Source of the DNA: an uncultured Phycisphaerales bacterium
GTDB taxonomy: Bacteria > Planctomycetota > Phycisphaerae > Tepidisphaerales > Tepidisphaeraceae
NCBI GenBank assembly: GCA_963758525.1
Contig: CAVWVQ010000003.1
Coordinates: forward strand, 1,024,001-1,088,000
Direction: 5' to 3'
DNA length: 64,000 bases
Positions 41,438 through 49,869 of the stretch are shown here, piece after piece. Numbering within the stretch: the first letter of the stretch is position 1; each line of letters begins with the position of its first letter. The position numbers were made by a program, and so were the translations under genes. The notes under the pieces are model-generated. The model had not been told where the DNA came from. It made no database searches and saw only the letters and a program-made list of their open reading frames with translations.

Positions 41438-41535
41438 TTCCCATTGGTCTGTAGCGAGATAGCATCTCGGGGCGATGCAAACCGGTCGCGAACCTGGCGC
41501 GGGCCGACAACGTCAACTTAGGAAGGAAAACAATT

Positions 41536-41886
41536 ATGAACGCTCGGCTTTATACTCTGCTGCTGATCGGTGCGCTTGCGATGAGCGGATGCGCCTCGAA
41601 CGGAGCGGATTTCAACTCGGACAAGGTTGCCGACATCCACAAGGGCACTACTACCGAACCTCAACTGATTTCGATGTTCGGGGAGCCGAACCAGCGGAGC
41701 ATCGATTCGGACGCCCGCACACGTCTGGTCTGGTTCTACGCTCATGCCCACGTCACTGCCTCAAGCTTCTTCTTTCATGGCGGCGGTGCTAAGACTCAAA
41801 AGACACTAACGGTGACGCTCAAAGATGGGTTAGTGACCGATTATTCGTTAGCAGAAGGAGGATCGGGTGCGCGGGTGGGCTCGTAA
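41536..41886 (+). CDS. Small lipoprotein, SmpA/OmlA (BamE)-like domain
   Basis: Lipobox MSG-C, IHKGTTTEPQLISMFGEP and WFY motifs. Confidence 0.78.
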   Translation: MNARLYTLLLIGALAMSGCASNGADFNSDKVADIHKGTTTEPQLISMFGEPNQRSIDSDARTRLVWFYAHAHVTASSFFFHGGGAKTQKTLTVTLKDGLVTDYSLAEGGSGARVGS

Positions 41887-42206
41887 CAGTCGTGGGCACT
41901 CAGATCGCTTCCCGTTTCTTTTGGCCCACGCTCCTTCGGGAGAGAGGCACCGGCAGGGATAGGGTGGGGGATCCCCCAGCAGCACAAAAACACCCCGCTT
42001 CGGGGTGCCTCGTGGAATAGCCGTTATTGCTCCATCTTTCTACATTCCCAACAGACGGCACTTCGGAACTCGTTCCTCTACCAACGCCTCTCGTTCGGGC
42101 TGGCGCCGATATGGTTGTCCGGTAACCTGACGGTCAACGTCAAAAGCACTCGCCGCGACGGCCCGCCGGTAATCGATCGGCTGGATCCAGATCGCGCCGA
42201 GCGGGT

Positions 42207-42258
42207 TGTCAGTTATCACTTCAAATGCCACCACCGATTATCACTTCAAATGCCAACA
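42207..42258. mobile_element. Orphan IS21-family-like terminal sequence
   Basis: TGTC followed by an 18-bp direct repeat TTATCACTTCAAATGCCA (42213-42230 and 42238-42255), the architecture of IS21 ends. No istA/istB follows. Confidence 0.55.
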
Positions 42259-42409
42259 GGTCCGATATACTTTTTCACCTGATCGATTTCAAATCCACGC
42301 TGAGTTTGTGACTGTCGGCAATCACGTCTCCGCGGGTTGCTCACCCCCCACAGAAGATACTGCCACAGAGGCGTTGGTGTCTTCCGGAGGGGAATGCGGA
42401 TTAACTAAA

Positions 42410-42521
42410 GGTGACGCGAACCTTAATATTGCGTATGCACCGTCAGTTTTGCCCTTCCTGCTTGCTTTTTGGCTTCCGCCATCCCGGCGGACGGCCGCGG
42501 GGGCGGAGGCTCTGCTGCAAG
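42410..42521 (-). repeat. Second copy of the RAYT 3' end + site (direct repeat of 38751-38862)
   Basis: 112-bp ungapped match with 8 mismatches counted by eye. It encodes LQQSLRPRGRPPGWRKPKSRKGKTDG... on the minus strand. Confidence 0.92.
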
Positions 42522-42560
42522 AAGGAAGTGATACGGAAGGAAGTGATACGGGGACGCAGC

Positions 42561-43732
42561 TAGTGTAGTGTATCATAAATAAGCTATCCTAATTATTAGT
42601 TGCGTGTCTGATCCTCCAACAGGAGGATAACCCCTTGCGCATCGCACCCGATGTCACCGTCACGGATGAACAACGTAGAGTTTTGGAACAGTGGTCGCGC
42701 GGCCGAAGCACGCCGGCACGACTGGTCCTTCGCTCGCAGATTATTTTGCAGGCTGCCGAAGGCGTCGCCAACAACCTGATCGCGCAGTCGCTGGAGACCG
42801 ACCGGTTGCTGGTCGGCAAGTGGCGCAAGCGATTCATCGAGAAGGGTCTGGAAGGAATCAAAAAAGATGCTCCGCGCGGGGGCCGTCCGCCGGTGAGTCG
42901 CAACGCGATGACCGCTCGCATCATCGAGTGGACCACCCAGAAAAGGCCGAAGAACGCCACGCATTGGAGTTGCCGGACGCTGGCCAGGGAATTGGGGGCC
43001 AGCTCCGCGATGGTCAATCGCGTGTGGCGGGCCAATGGGCTCAAGCCGCATCTGATCCATACTTTCAAGTTGAGCAACGACAAACAGTTCATCGAGAAAG
43101 TCGTGGACGTCGTGGGCTTGTACCTCAATCCGCCGGAGCACGCGTTGGTGCTCTGCGTGGATGAGAAGACACAGATTCAGGCTTTGGATCGCACTCAGCC
43201 GTCATTGCCGCTGAAGAAGGGACGATGCGGGACGATGACGCATGATTACAAGCGGAACGGAACGACGACGCTCTTTGCGGCACTGAATGTAGCCGAGGGA
43301 AAACTCATCGGCACATGCATGGAGAAACATCGGCATCAAGAGTGGATCAAGTTCCTCAGGCAGATCGACGAGCAGACGCCAGCGGACCTGGACTTGCACC
43401 TGATCGCAGACAACTACTCCACGCACAAGCACCCGAAAGTGAAGAGCTGGCTCAAGCGTCATCCACGCTTTCACATGCACTTCATCCCGACCAGCAGCTC
43501 GTGGCTGAATCTGGTGGAGCGGTGGTTCCGGGAGATCACGGACAAAAGAATCCGTCGTGGCGTTTTCCGCAGCGTGCCGGAGTTAACAGACGCGATCATG
43601 GCCTACATCGCAGCGCACAACGAGAACCCCAAGTCATTCGAATGGACGGCAAAAGCCGAGGACATTATTGTAAAAGTCCGACGGGCGCGCGAGGTGCTGA
43701 ATAAGAGTGTATTAGCCTGACACACTACACTA
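42561..43732 (+). mobile_element. IS630-family insertion sequence
   Basis: Terminal inverted repeats TAGTGTAGTGT (42561) and ACACTACACTA (ending 43732). Both ends are in a CTAG context, consistent with TA duplication. Confidence 0.92.
42635..43720 (+). CDS. IS630 DDE transposase
   Basis: N-terminal HTHs (THWSCRTLA) and the triad CVDEKTQIQAL / IADNYSTH / SWLNLVERWF. AGGAGG RBS and TTG start. Confidence 0.95.
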   Translation: MRIAPDVTVTDEQRRVLEQWSRGRSTPARLVLRSQIILQAAEGVANNLIAQSLETDRLLVGKWRKRFIEKGLEGIKKDAPRGGRPPVSRNAMTARIIEWTTQKRPKNATHWSCRTLARELGASSAMVNRVWRANGLKPHLIHTFKLSNDKQFIEKVVDVVGLYLNPPEHALVLCVDEKTQIQALDRTQPSLPLKKGRCGTMTHDYKRNGTTTLFAALNVAEGKLIGTCMEKHRHQEWIKFLRQIDEQTPADLDLHLIADNYSTHKHPKVKSWLKRHPRFHMHFIPTSSSWLNLVERWFREITDKRIRRGVFRSVPELTDAIMAYIAAHNENPKSFEWTAKAEDIIVKVRRAREVLNKSVLA

Positions 43733-44139
43733 GTTGATAGCTTGAAATCTGACGGATTGAGCGTCAGCAAATGGGTGAGACCTTCGGCCTTCATCAAGGC
43801 AACGAGTTTCGTGTCATGGACTTGAACCCCGAAAACGGAGTGGGCCATGACGAGCCGCTTCCATTCCGCGTAGCTGGCGGCAGAATCAGTGAGCACTTCG
43901 ACGGCGAGTTCAATGAGGGCCAGCCGACGTTGTGCTTCCTGGGTCGTCAGACCGAACCCGCCACGGGCGGTGGCAGGCCTGGTCGTGACGTTCCAAAACT
44001 CCACGACATTTTGCATTCCGCAATAGAATGTGTCGCCCCGGCCCTTGAGAAGGTCCAGGGCATCAACCACGTCTTGATGTTGCGGGTCTCCTGGATGCAC
44101 CAGCCTCAGCAAGATTCCCGTGTCGAGCAGATACCGCAT
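43733..44139 (-). pseudogene. PIN-domain (VapC-like) toxin, 3'-truncated
   Basis: MRYLLDTGILLR, EFWNVTTRP, VHDTKLVA and LLTLNPSDFK. The usual final strand is replaced by site/IS sequence. Confidence 0.8.
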
Positions 44140-44306
44140 CAGTCGTGGTCGTCGTAAAGGTCAGCACGAGAAAAGTCTGCCGGGATGGGAGGAAGCGGCG
44201 GCATTCCCGCCGATGCATCATCAAGCCACTGACGAAACTCGGCCTGACGACGTAGCTTCTCCAAAGCTTGGGCGGCTTTTTCGTCAAGTGTCACGGTTGT
44301 CGCCAT
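44139..44306 (-). CDS. Putative antitoxin (55 aa), below the ORF-track cutoff
   Basis: GAGG RBS, then MATTVTLDEKAAQALEKLRRQAEFRQWLDDASAGMPPLPPIPADFSRADLYDDHD*. Its stop overlaps the PIN ATG (TGATG). Confidence 0.7.
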   Translation of the reverse strand: MATTVTLDEKAAQALEKLRRQAEFRQWLDDASAGMPPLPPIPADFSRADLYDDHD

Positions 44307-44410
44307 CGCACATCCCTCGAAAATGAGCTTATCATCGACGCTCCCCTTGGTCCATAATGGAGAGAACTAAAGTGGTGTGGCGAGCAACCGAATCCGGCCG
44401 GTAGCGGGGA

Positions 44411-44593
44411 CGCTGGGAGGCAGCCAAGCGCGGCCGGCCGAAAAAGCCTCCCGGCACCAAGGCTGTGCCGACGCTCATTACCGTCGATCCTCAACTCCTC
44501 CGCCGTGCCGACGCCTATGCGAAAAGAGCCGGCCTCAGTCGCTCCCAGCTTTTTTCCGACGCTCTCCGTCGGCGAATTGAAATCGCGACGTGA
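44411..44593 (+). pseudogene. 5'-truncated ribbon-helix-helix (CopG-like) gene fragment
   Basis: Manual translation gives RWEAAKRGRPKKPPGTKAVPTLITVDPQLLRRADAYAKRAGLSRSQLFSDALRRRIEIAT*. There is an in-frame TAG at 44402 and no start codon upstream of the fragment. Confidence 0.65.
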
Positions 44594-44654
44594 AGATCAT
44601 CTGCCCATTCGAAGCTCGAGTGCTTCCGCGACAACTGGCTGTGACGAATTTTGG

Positions 44655-46790
44655 TTACTGCGCAGGTTCCGGCGTGGCGGTCTCCCGGCCGGGAGCGGTC
44701 GGGGCGGCGGAGGGATCCACCATCCATTGGCACGAGTCGGTGACTTTTCCCTGGCTCGTGATCGCAGTCGCTTTCACTTCATTGTTGCCGGGTTGAAGCG
44801 TCACATTGAGCCAGCGGAAAACCCTGACCTTATCCGGTGAAACCGCGGGCAGCGCCTTTCCATTGATGGTCAGCTCCACCTTGTCACAGTTCGAAAAGAC
44901 CTCAATCTCCGTCGCCGGCTTCCGTCGCGGAGTCGACCGGCTGGAGGCAATGTGGACCATTGGCTTGTCGGTCCAATTCGCCTGATAGAAGAAATAAGCA
45001 TCCTTCTTGATCTTGCGATCCTCGGTCACCAGCCCCTTGTCATTGACGCCGACAAAGCCTCCCTCGTGACGGTGCGCGGATTGGAAATCGAACATGCACC
45101 AGATAAAGGTTCCCCACAGGTGGGGATTGTCCTTGAATCGATCCCAGATCACCTCATGGACGTGGACTTGCCATTGTTCGGAGTGGAGCGGGCCCGCGCG
45201 CTTTTGGGTCAGGGGACCTTCCTGTTGCTCCTTGGGAGCGGGGTTGGCGCCAGCACCATATTCGCTATAGGCGATGCGCTTCCCTGCTTCGGCCGAGTCC
45301 TCCTTAATCAACGACTCAACCTTGTCGATCCCGGCGTACCAGCCAGGATAACGATTGAAGCTGGGGTGGTCAGGAATCTGGTTATAGGTTGTGTGACCTT
45401 TATAAATCGCGCACACGATCAGGCGCGACGGATCCAATTCTTTCGCGACCGCCTTGAGATGCTGGAGCAGGGCATCCGGCGCGGGCGTCGTGCTGAGTCC
45501 CAGCTCATTAAAGAGCCCCCAAAAGGCAATGCTGGGATGGTTGTAACGCTGGAGGATCATTTCGCGAAGCTGCTGCTCAGCGTTGGCGGCAAACTCAGGT
45601 TTGTTGGAAATGAGATTCACCAGCGGAATTTCATCCCAAAGCAGAATCCCATTATGGTCGCAGAGATTGTGGAGATAATCACTCTGGGGATAATGCGCCA
45701 GCCGGATGGCGGTAACGCCCATATCCAACATGATCTGGGCATCCTCATCATAGTTGGCGGGAGTCGCCGCCCAACCCTGATCGCCCCAGTCCTGGTGTCG
45801 ATTCACGCCATGGATCGGATAGGGCTTGCCGTTCAGTAGAAAGCCCCGCTGTTCGCTGATCTCGACCGTGCGCAGGCCAAGTGGTTGACTGATGGAGTCG
45901 GAAATGCCAGTCCCTGCGAGCAGGGAAACCGTTGCCGTGTAGAGATAGGGATCCTTGCGTCCATTCCAACGGTGGGGAGAGGAAATATTCAAACTGAGAA
46001 GAATCGACTTGGTCTTACCCGCTTCAACGGAGACGGGTTGGGTCTGGGTGGCCACGATCCCCCCGCCGGCGTCGGCGATATCAGCTTTGACCTGTACTTG
46101 CACCGGACTGGTTTTGCCGTTGGAAACCAGTGTCTTGACTTCTATTTGCGCCGCCGAATCGTTCAGCGATTTCGTCGTCAGGTAGACGCCGGGAGAGCCC
46201 AGCTCGAGCGGCGATATGCAGACCGGATCCGTGACGATCAGATGGACCGGACGGTAGAGCCCTCCATCGACGTTGAAATCTCCGCCTAAGGGTGCCACGT
46301 CCTTCTGGCCCGAGTTATCGACCTGGACCCGCAACTCATTGGCGCCGGGATGAAGAAGCGGCGTCAATTCGTAGCAGAAGGCGGTGAACCCCCCGCGATG
46401 TTCCCCCAGTTCCTGTCCATTCAGATAAGTCTTCGCGACCAGTGAAGCGGCTTCAAAACGAAGGAAAACTCTTCTCCCCTGCCACTCGGCCGGAACATCA
46501 ATGGTGCGGGCATACCAGCAGTCGCCCCGGTAATAGTTATTTTTGTAATGAGGATCTTTCTTGTGGTCGCCCTGATCGGCGCTCACCGTGTTCCAGGTAT
46601 GAGGGAGGGTGACCGCCTCCCACTGATCCGTCGCTGCGGTCAGGCCCGCGTCCTCTTTGATAAATTTCCAGCCATCGGCGAGGACCTGGTCCTGGCGTGT
46701 GGCCGCAGCTCCAAAAGCGATGGAGCCCCCGCAAAGAATTGCGCCCACGACGAGAACGAAAAAACGGAGTTGGCGTGTCAATCGATGCAC
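44655..46790 (-). CDS. Secreted GH2 glycoside hydrolase (beta-galactosidase/glucuronidase-like)
   Basis: LPHTWN, HRGGFTAF, HGVNRHQD, RLAHYPQ, WGLFNE (acid/base), SEYGAG (nucleophile) and NDKGLVT. Probable GTG start at 46790. Confidence 0.92.
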   Translation of the reverse strand: MHRLTRQLRFFVLVVGAILCGGSIAFGAAATRQDQVLADGWKFIKEDAGLTAATDQWEAVTLPHTWNTVSADQGDHKKDPHYKNNYYRGDCWYARTIDVPAEWQGRRVFLRFEAASLVAKTYLNGQELGEHRGGFTAFCYELTPLLHPGANELRVQVDNSGQKDVAPLGGDFNVDGGLYRPVHLIVTDPVCISPLELGSPGVYLTTKSLNDSAAQIEVKTLVSNGKTSPVQVQVKADIADAGGGIVATQTQPVSVEAGKTKSILLSLNISSPHRWNGRKDPYLYTATVSLLAGTGISDSISQPLGLRTVEISEQRGFLLNGKPYPIHGVNRHQDWGDQGWAATPANYDEDAQIMLDMGVTAIRLAHYPQSDYLHNLCDHNGILLWDEIPLVNLISNKPEFAANAEQQLREMILQRYNHPSIAFWGLFNELGLSTTPAPDALLQHLKAVAKELDPSRLIVCAIYKGHTTYNQIPDHPSFNRYPGWYAGIDKVESLIKEDSAEAGKRIAYSEYGAGANPAPKEQQEGPLTQKRAGPLHSEQWQVHVHEVIWDRFKDNPHLWGTFIWCMFDFQSAHRHEGGFVGVNDKGLVTEDRKIKKDAYFFYQANWTDKPMVHIASSRSTPRRKPATEIEVFSNCDKVELTINGKALPAVSPDKVRVFRWLNVTLQPGNNEVKATAITSQGKVTDSCQWMVDPSAAPTAPGRETATPEPAQ

Positions 46791-46907
46791 AAATATTCCC
46801 TCTTCCTTCGCGTTTTTTCTTCGCGCCTTTGCGCCTTCGCGGCTCTTTATTTTGCGGGTCCTCGAGACCGGGATTTCGAAGAACTCCATCACTTGATCGG
46901 GAAAGGT

Positions 46908-47576
46908 CTATCGCATCGGGGATCGCAGCCACTGCTGAAACGCACGCAAACCCGCATTTTCGTCCATGAGCATCAGCCGGGTGAAACGGTCGACAATCTC
47001 CGGCGTCATGAATGACAGCGCTTCGGACGCGGCGATGGGTTCGTAATCCCCCGACTCCGTGCGCCGAAAAAACGCAAACCGCTCGCCGTCGTACCGCCAC
47101 AGCTCGCGCACGCCCAGAGCGGCATACACGCTGGGGCGATCGATGGGCTCATGCGTAATGTCGATCTCGACCGCCAGATCGGGCGGAGGATCGCGTTTGA
47201 GATCGATGTCCGTGCGGCCGTGGACCGACGGCTCATTCTGAATGTAGTAGCACTCGTCTGCTTCCAAACCCTTCGCAAGATCCTGCCGTTTCCAGGTCGT
47301 TGAGCCGAAGCTGCTGACGGGAATCGCCAGCTCGAAAGTGGCCATCTCGATCAACCGGCCTGCCAGCTTCTTCATTCTCCCGTGAATGAGTGCCGGCGAC
47401 ACGAGCACCAGCCTTCCCTGGTCGTACGTGATGCGCATGTGCTGCCCGTCGGTGTCGCGGAGCAACAATTCGTAGAGCTCCCAGCTCACGTTTTCGAGCG
47501 CCATCACGCCGGCAACTCCGCAAACTCCGAGAATGTCTCTAGTGGCGGTCATGCCGATCTGCTTCTCTCGCGGCAT
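46908..47576 (-). CDS. Uma2/DUF820 family putative endonuclease
   Basis: VSWELYE, GLEADECYY, PPDLAVEIDIT and YAALGVRELWRYDG motifs. Confidence 0.9.
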   Translation of the reverse strand: MPREKQIGMTATRDILGVCGVAGVMALENVSWELYELLLRDTDGQHMRITYDQGRLVLVSPALIHGRMKKLAGRLIEMATFELAIPVSSFGSTTWKRQDLAKGLEADECYYIQNEPSVHGRTDIDLKRDPPPDLAVEIDITHEPIDRPSVYAALGVRELWRYDGERFAFFRRTESGDYEPIAASEALSFMTPEIVDRFTRLMLMDENAGLRAFQQWLRSPMR

Positions 47577-47642
47577 AGCATAACGGTGCCGTTCAGGGTC
47601 GACAATCGGTTCAGACGGTGGCCTGTCCGGACGCTGCCGCAA

Positions 47643-47969
47643 TCACTTCGCGTGCTTCTGTCCCCATTCTTGCAATGCCTTGAGGATCGGGCCGAGCGTT
47701 CGGCCTTTGTCGGTCAGGAAGTATTCCGCGCGCGGCGGGTGTTGTTCGTAAAACCGCCGGTCGACGATCTCGCGATCCATCAGACTCTTCAGCCGGGCCG
47801 ACAGCGTGTTGGAACTGACACCTTGCAGCGACCGCTCAAAATCCCCAAAGCGGAGCGGCCCGCGCTTGAACAGATCACGCAGGATCAGGAGTGTCCATCG
47901 TTCGCCGATGACGTCCAACGTTCGGGCAACCGGGCAGGCCGTGTCGTCTTTCAACTTCATCTGCTTCAT
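47643..47969 (-). CDS. HxlR-family winged-helix regulator
   Basis: CPVARTLDVIGERWTLLILRDL, LSARLK and PPRAEYFLTDKG motifs. Confidence 0.92.
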   Translation of the reverse strand: MKQMKLKDDTACPVARTLDVIGERWTLLILRDLFKRGPLRFGDFERSLQGVSSNTLSARLKSLMDREIVDRRFYEQHPPRAEYFLTDKGRTLGPILKALQEWGQKHAK

Positions 47970-48019
47970 CTTTCGTCTCTTGGGCTGAAATAACAACACC
48001 CGATAGACAAGCAAAACGA

Positions 48020-48046
48020 TAGTGACTACAATAAAACAAGTCACTA
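48020..48046. promoter_or_regulatory. Palindromic operator candidate TAGTGACT-N11-AGTCACTA
   Basis: Perfect 8-bp inverted repeat between the divergent HxlR and membrane-protein genes, just upstream of the AAGGAG RBS. Confidence 0.7.
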
Positions 48047-48061
48047 ACTGAAGGAGACTCT

Positions 48062-48928
48062 GTGATGAATTCCGCACTTGCAGAACGCAGTCGAAAGGCC
48101 TGGAGCTGGTTTCTTCTCGCCGTGGCGTTGGCCGGCGGCTGGTTCGGACTGAATCTCCTGCTGCCAAACCTGGCGGTCGGGCCGATTCCCACACGGCTGA
48201 TGTTCATCATCGCCGTCAACGCGATGTTCCTTTACGGACTCTGGCGGAGCCTGGCGCGCACAGACTTCCCGCAGTCCAAACGCGTCGCCGGCTGGCTGGG
48301 CGTTGCGCTCGTGTTGACGGTCTGGCTTGGGGCAACCTGGGTGCTGGCCGTGAACGGCGTCTTCCAGAAAAGCCTCGGCAAGGTCCCGTCGCTGCCGTTC
48401 GCAATCCTTCTTCCCGTTCTCCCCGGAGCATTCCTGCTGACGCGTTCGCGCACGGTGGCATCGCTGCTGGATGCAACCCCGCCGTCCTGGCTGGTTGGCC
48501 TTCAGCTCTACCGCATTCTCGGCGCGATGTTCCTGGTCTACTTTATTCGAGACGCCATGCCCGGCGCATTCGCTCTGCCGGCGGGAATCGGCGACGTCAT
48601 CACAGGCTTGCTCGCCCTCCCCGCGGCCGTCTGGATTGGCTCAGCCTCTCCAATCGGCACAAGAATCGGCATCCGGTGGAACCTGTTCGGCCTGACCGAC
48701 TTTATCGTCGCCGTCACCATGGGAATGCTGACTTCCCCCGGACCGGCGCATCTGCTCGCGCTCGACCATCCCAACGTCCAGATCGCCATGTTCCCCGCCG
48801 TCATCACCCCGGCTTTCGTTGTCCCCTTTTCGATCCTCCTGCACGTGCTTTCCCTGAGGCAGCTCAAGCGCGGGGCGAAGACATCCGCGGCAATTGCGGG
48901 GAAAGAACCCGTTCTGGCAACCGCATGA
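48062..48928 (+). CDS. Hypothetical multi-pass membrane protein
   Basis: About 8 TM helices; QLYRILG, FALPAGIGD, WNLFGLTD and PAFVVP motifs; AAGGAG RBS. Confidence 0.85.
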   Translation: MMNSALAERSRKAWSWFLLAVALAGGWFGLNLLLPNLAVGPIPTRLMFIIAVNAMFLYGLWRSLARTDFPQSKRVAGWLGVALVLTVWLGATWVLAVNGVFQKSLGKVPSLPFAILLPVLPGAFLLTRSRTVASLLDATPPSWLVGLQLYRILGAMFLVYFIRDAMPGAFALPAGIGDVITGLLALPAAVWIGSASPIGTRIGIRWNLFGLTDFIVAVTMGMLTSPGPAHLLALDHPNVQIAMFPAVITPAFVVPFSILLHVLSLRQLKRGAKTSAAIAGKEPVLATA

Positions 48929-49366
48929 AGGAGGGCCAAATCTAGCAGGGGGCCGCTCCCGGCCTCGAAGCGCGTCCCGTTATTGGTCTGCGTCCCGTTA
49001 TTCGTCAGTTGGATATTAACGCTCGCGTCACCCGCACTTGTTCCGAGGCCTTCGCGTTGTCTCGGCCTCGATCAGAAGCTACTGTTATTCATATGGAAAA
49101 CGTAACACGTACTGCACTGACGGATGGACGGATCTGAAAATTGAACGGGGTCGCAGATCTTCCGGACAAGTCCTGCGGTTTACGGTTCTGTTGCCAACGA
49201 CCAGAATCGTTGGCGTGGCAGAAATCCAGATTCCGTTAATGGAGGGCTACAGCCTGGCGGACAAGGTCGGTGAAGCCGAAGCAAAGAGCATTGAAGAGGA
49301 CCTTCAGGCGCTAGCCGTGCGCGTTGCGGATGCGGTTCAGAGCAGCGTCAGCAAGGCAAGCTAAGC

Positions 49367-49869
49367 ATGACTCTCGTGCTGACGAATGTGACCGAGTATG
49401 GCATCGCCATGGCCGCGGACGACGCGCTCACCGAGCGGCTGGGCAAAGAAGTGAGGATTCTTCACGGAGCCACAAAACTCTTCGCGCACTACCACTGCCA
49501 TTGCGGCTTGGCAACTTGGGGTCTCGGTGCCCTGCCGAACAGAAACCCGGAGCACGCCCCATTTCGATCGAATTCATCATCAAGCGGTTCCTGCGAGAAG
49601 CGGTGAACGTCAATTCGCTTGATACACTGATTGCGGGGCTGGTAGACCGGCTGAACAATGAGCACCCCAAGGCTAAAGAAGCTGCCATGATCGACATTGG
49701 AGGGTGCGTCTTCGTCGACGGAATGTGGAATCCCGTCGTACATCAGATCGATCGAAGCAGCGGCCAGTCGATCTCATCCAAATCTTTCAGATCGCTGAAG
49801 AACTCAGACTCTGCTCCGTACGCATGGCTGTTCGTGAACACCGATCGCTGCCTCAGTTGCGACAGCTGA
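49367..49869 (+). pseudogene. Ntn-hydrolase/proteasome-beta-like gene, frameshifted and probably truncated
   Basis: MTLVLTNVTEYGIAMAADDALT (Thr2, xAAD), ATKLF and ATWGLG. It continues in another frame after ~49550 and ends early. Confidence 0.5.

Noticed and set aside
41985..42234. Hairpin CACCCCG-CTT-CGGGGTG with A-run as a terminator for minus-strand ORF 42040..42234
   Set aside because: The ORF starts inside the IS21-like repeat and has no recognisable family. It may be a gene remnant, but I cannot support that.
43603..43732. C-terminal extension of the PIN ORF (STSVVCQANTLL...)
   Set aside because: It is read-through into the antisense strand of IS630.
46791..46892. N-terminal extension of GH2 (SREGAKARRKNAKEEG)
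   Set aside because: It is a translation of the CGCGAAG repeat arm. A GTG with a purine-rich RBS and signal peptide at 46790 is the better start.
37292..49035. Classical integron interpretation of the mosaic region
   Set aside because: There is no tyrosine-recombinase intI and no attC structure (RYYYAAC...GTTRRRY with long imperfect palindrome), and the cargo genes are in mixed orientation.
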